DNA of 64,000 nucleotides from Nitrosopumilus sp. (GTDB lineage Archaea; Thermoproteota; Nitrososphaeria; Nitrososphaerales; Nitrosopumilaceae): NCBI GenBank assembly GCA_965207445.1, contig CBDBLX010000002.1, positions 768,001 to 832,000 of the forward strand, read 5' to 3'. Shown piece by piece: positions 64,000 to 64,000 of this stretch (position 1 is its first letter; each line of letters starts with the position of its first letter). The notes under the pieces were generated by a model. It saw only the letters and a program-made list of their open reading frames with translations, ran no database searches and was not told where the DNA came from. The position numbers and the translations under genes were made by a program.

Positions 64000-64000
64000 C

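Overview
This is chromosomal DNA of an ammonia-oxidiser-type archaeon, most likely Nitrososphaerota/Thaumarchaeota (Nitrosopumilaceae-like). The call rests on TBP, SRP54, Pus10, Elp3, class I LysRS, rps24e/rps27ae, CofG/CofH, a ThiD-ThiN fusion, a chorismate mutase-aminotransferase fusion and a lamin-tail surface protein. Long AT-rich spacers, low-complexity insertions in core enzymes and many intact or decayed mobile elements suggest a host-associated lineage (inference). Mobile elements seen: two inverted copies of an IS66 (ISBst12-type) element, remnants of a second IS66-like family, IS3, IS1595 and IS6-like remnants, and two multicopy MITE families. The best novel candidate is a pair of divergent three-gene micro-operons inside IS-rich islands (39210-39844 + and 60427-61102 -). 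Each has a TATA promoter, a 50-55 aa acidic helical ORF, a 42-44 aa amphipathic peptide ORF and a ~125 aa 4-TM protein, resembling a peptide-toxin/immunity cassette; most of these ORFs are missing from the ORF track. Also notable: a 109/110-bp MITE always found at ATGC(A/T), and an 81-bp MITE that brackets about 0.8 kb of foreign DNA inside a perfect 9-bp target duplication. No CRISPR array or rRNA was seen. All product calls come from motif recognition by eye, with no database searches.
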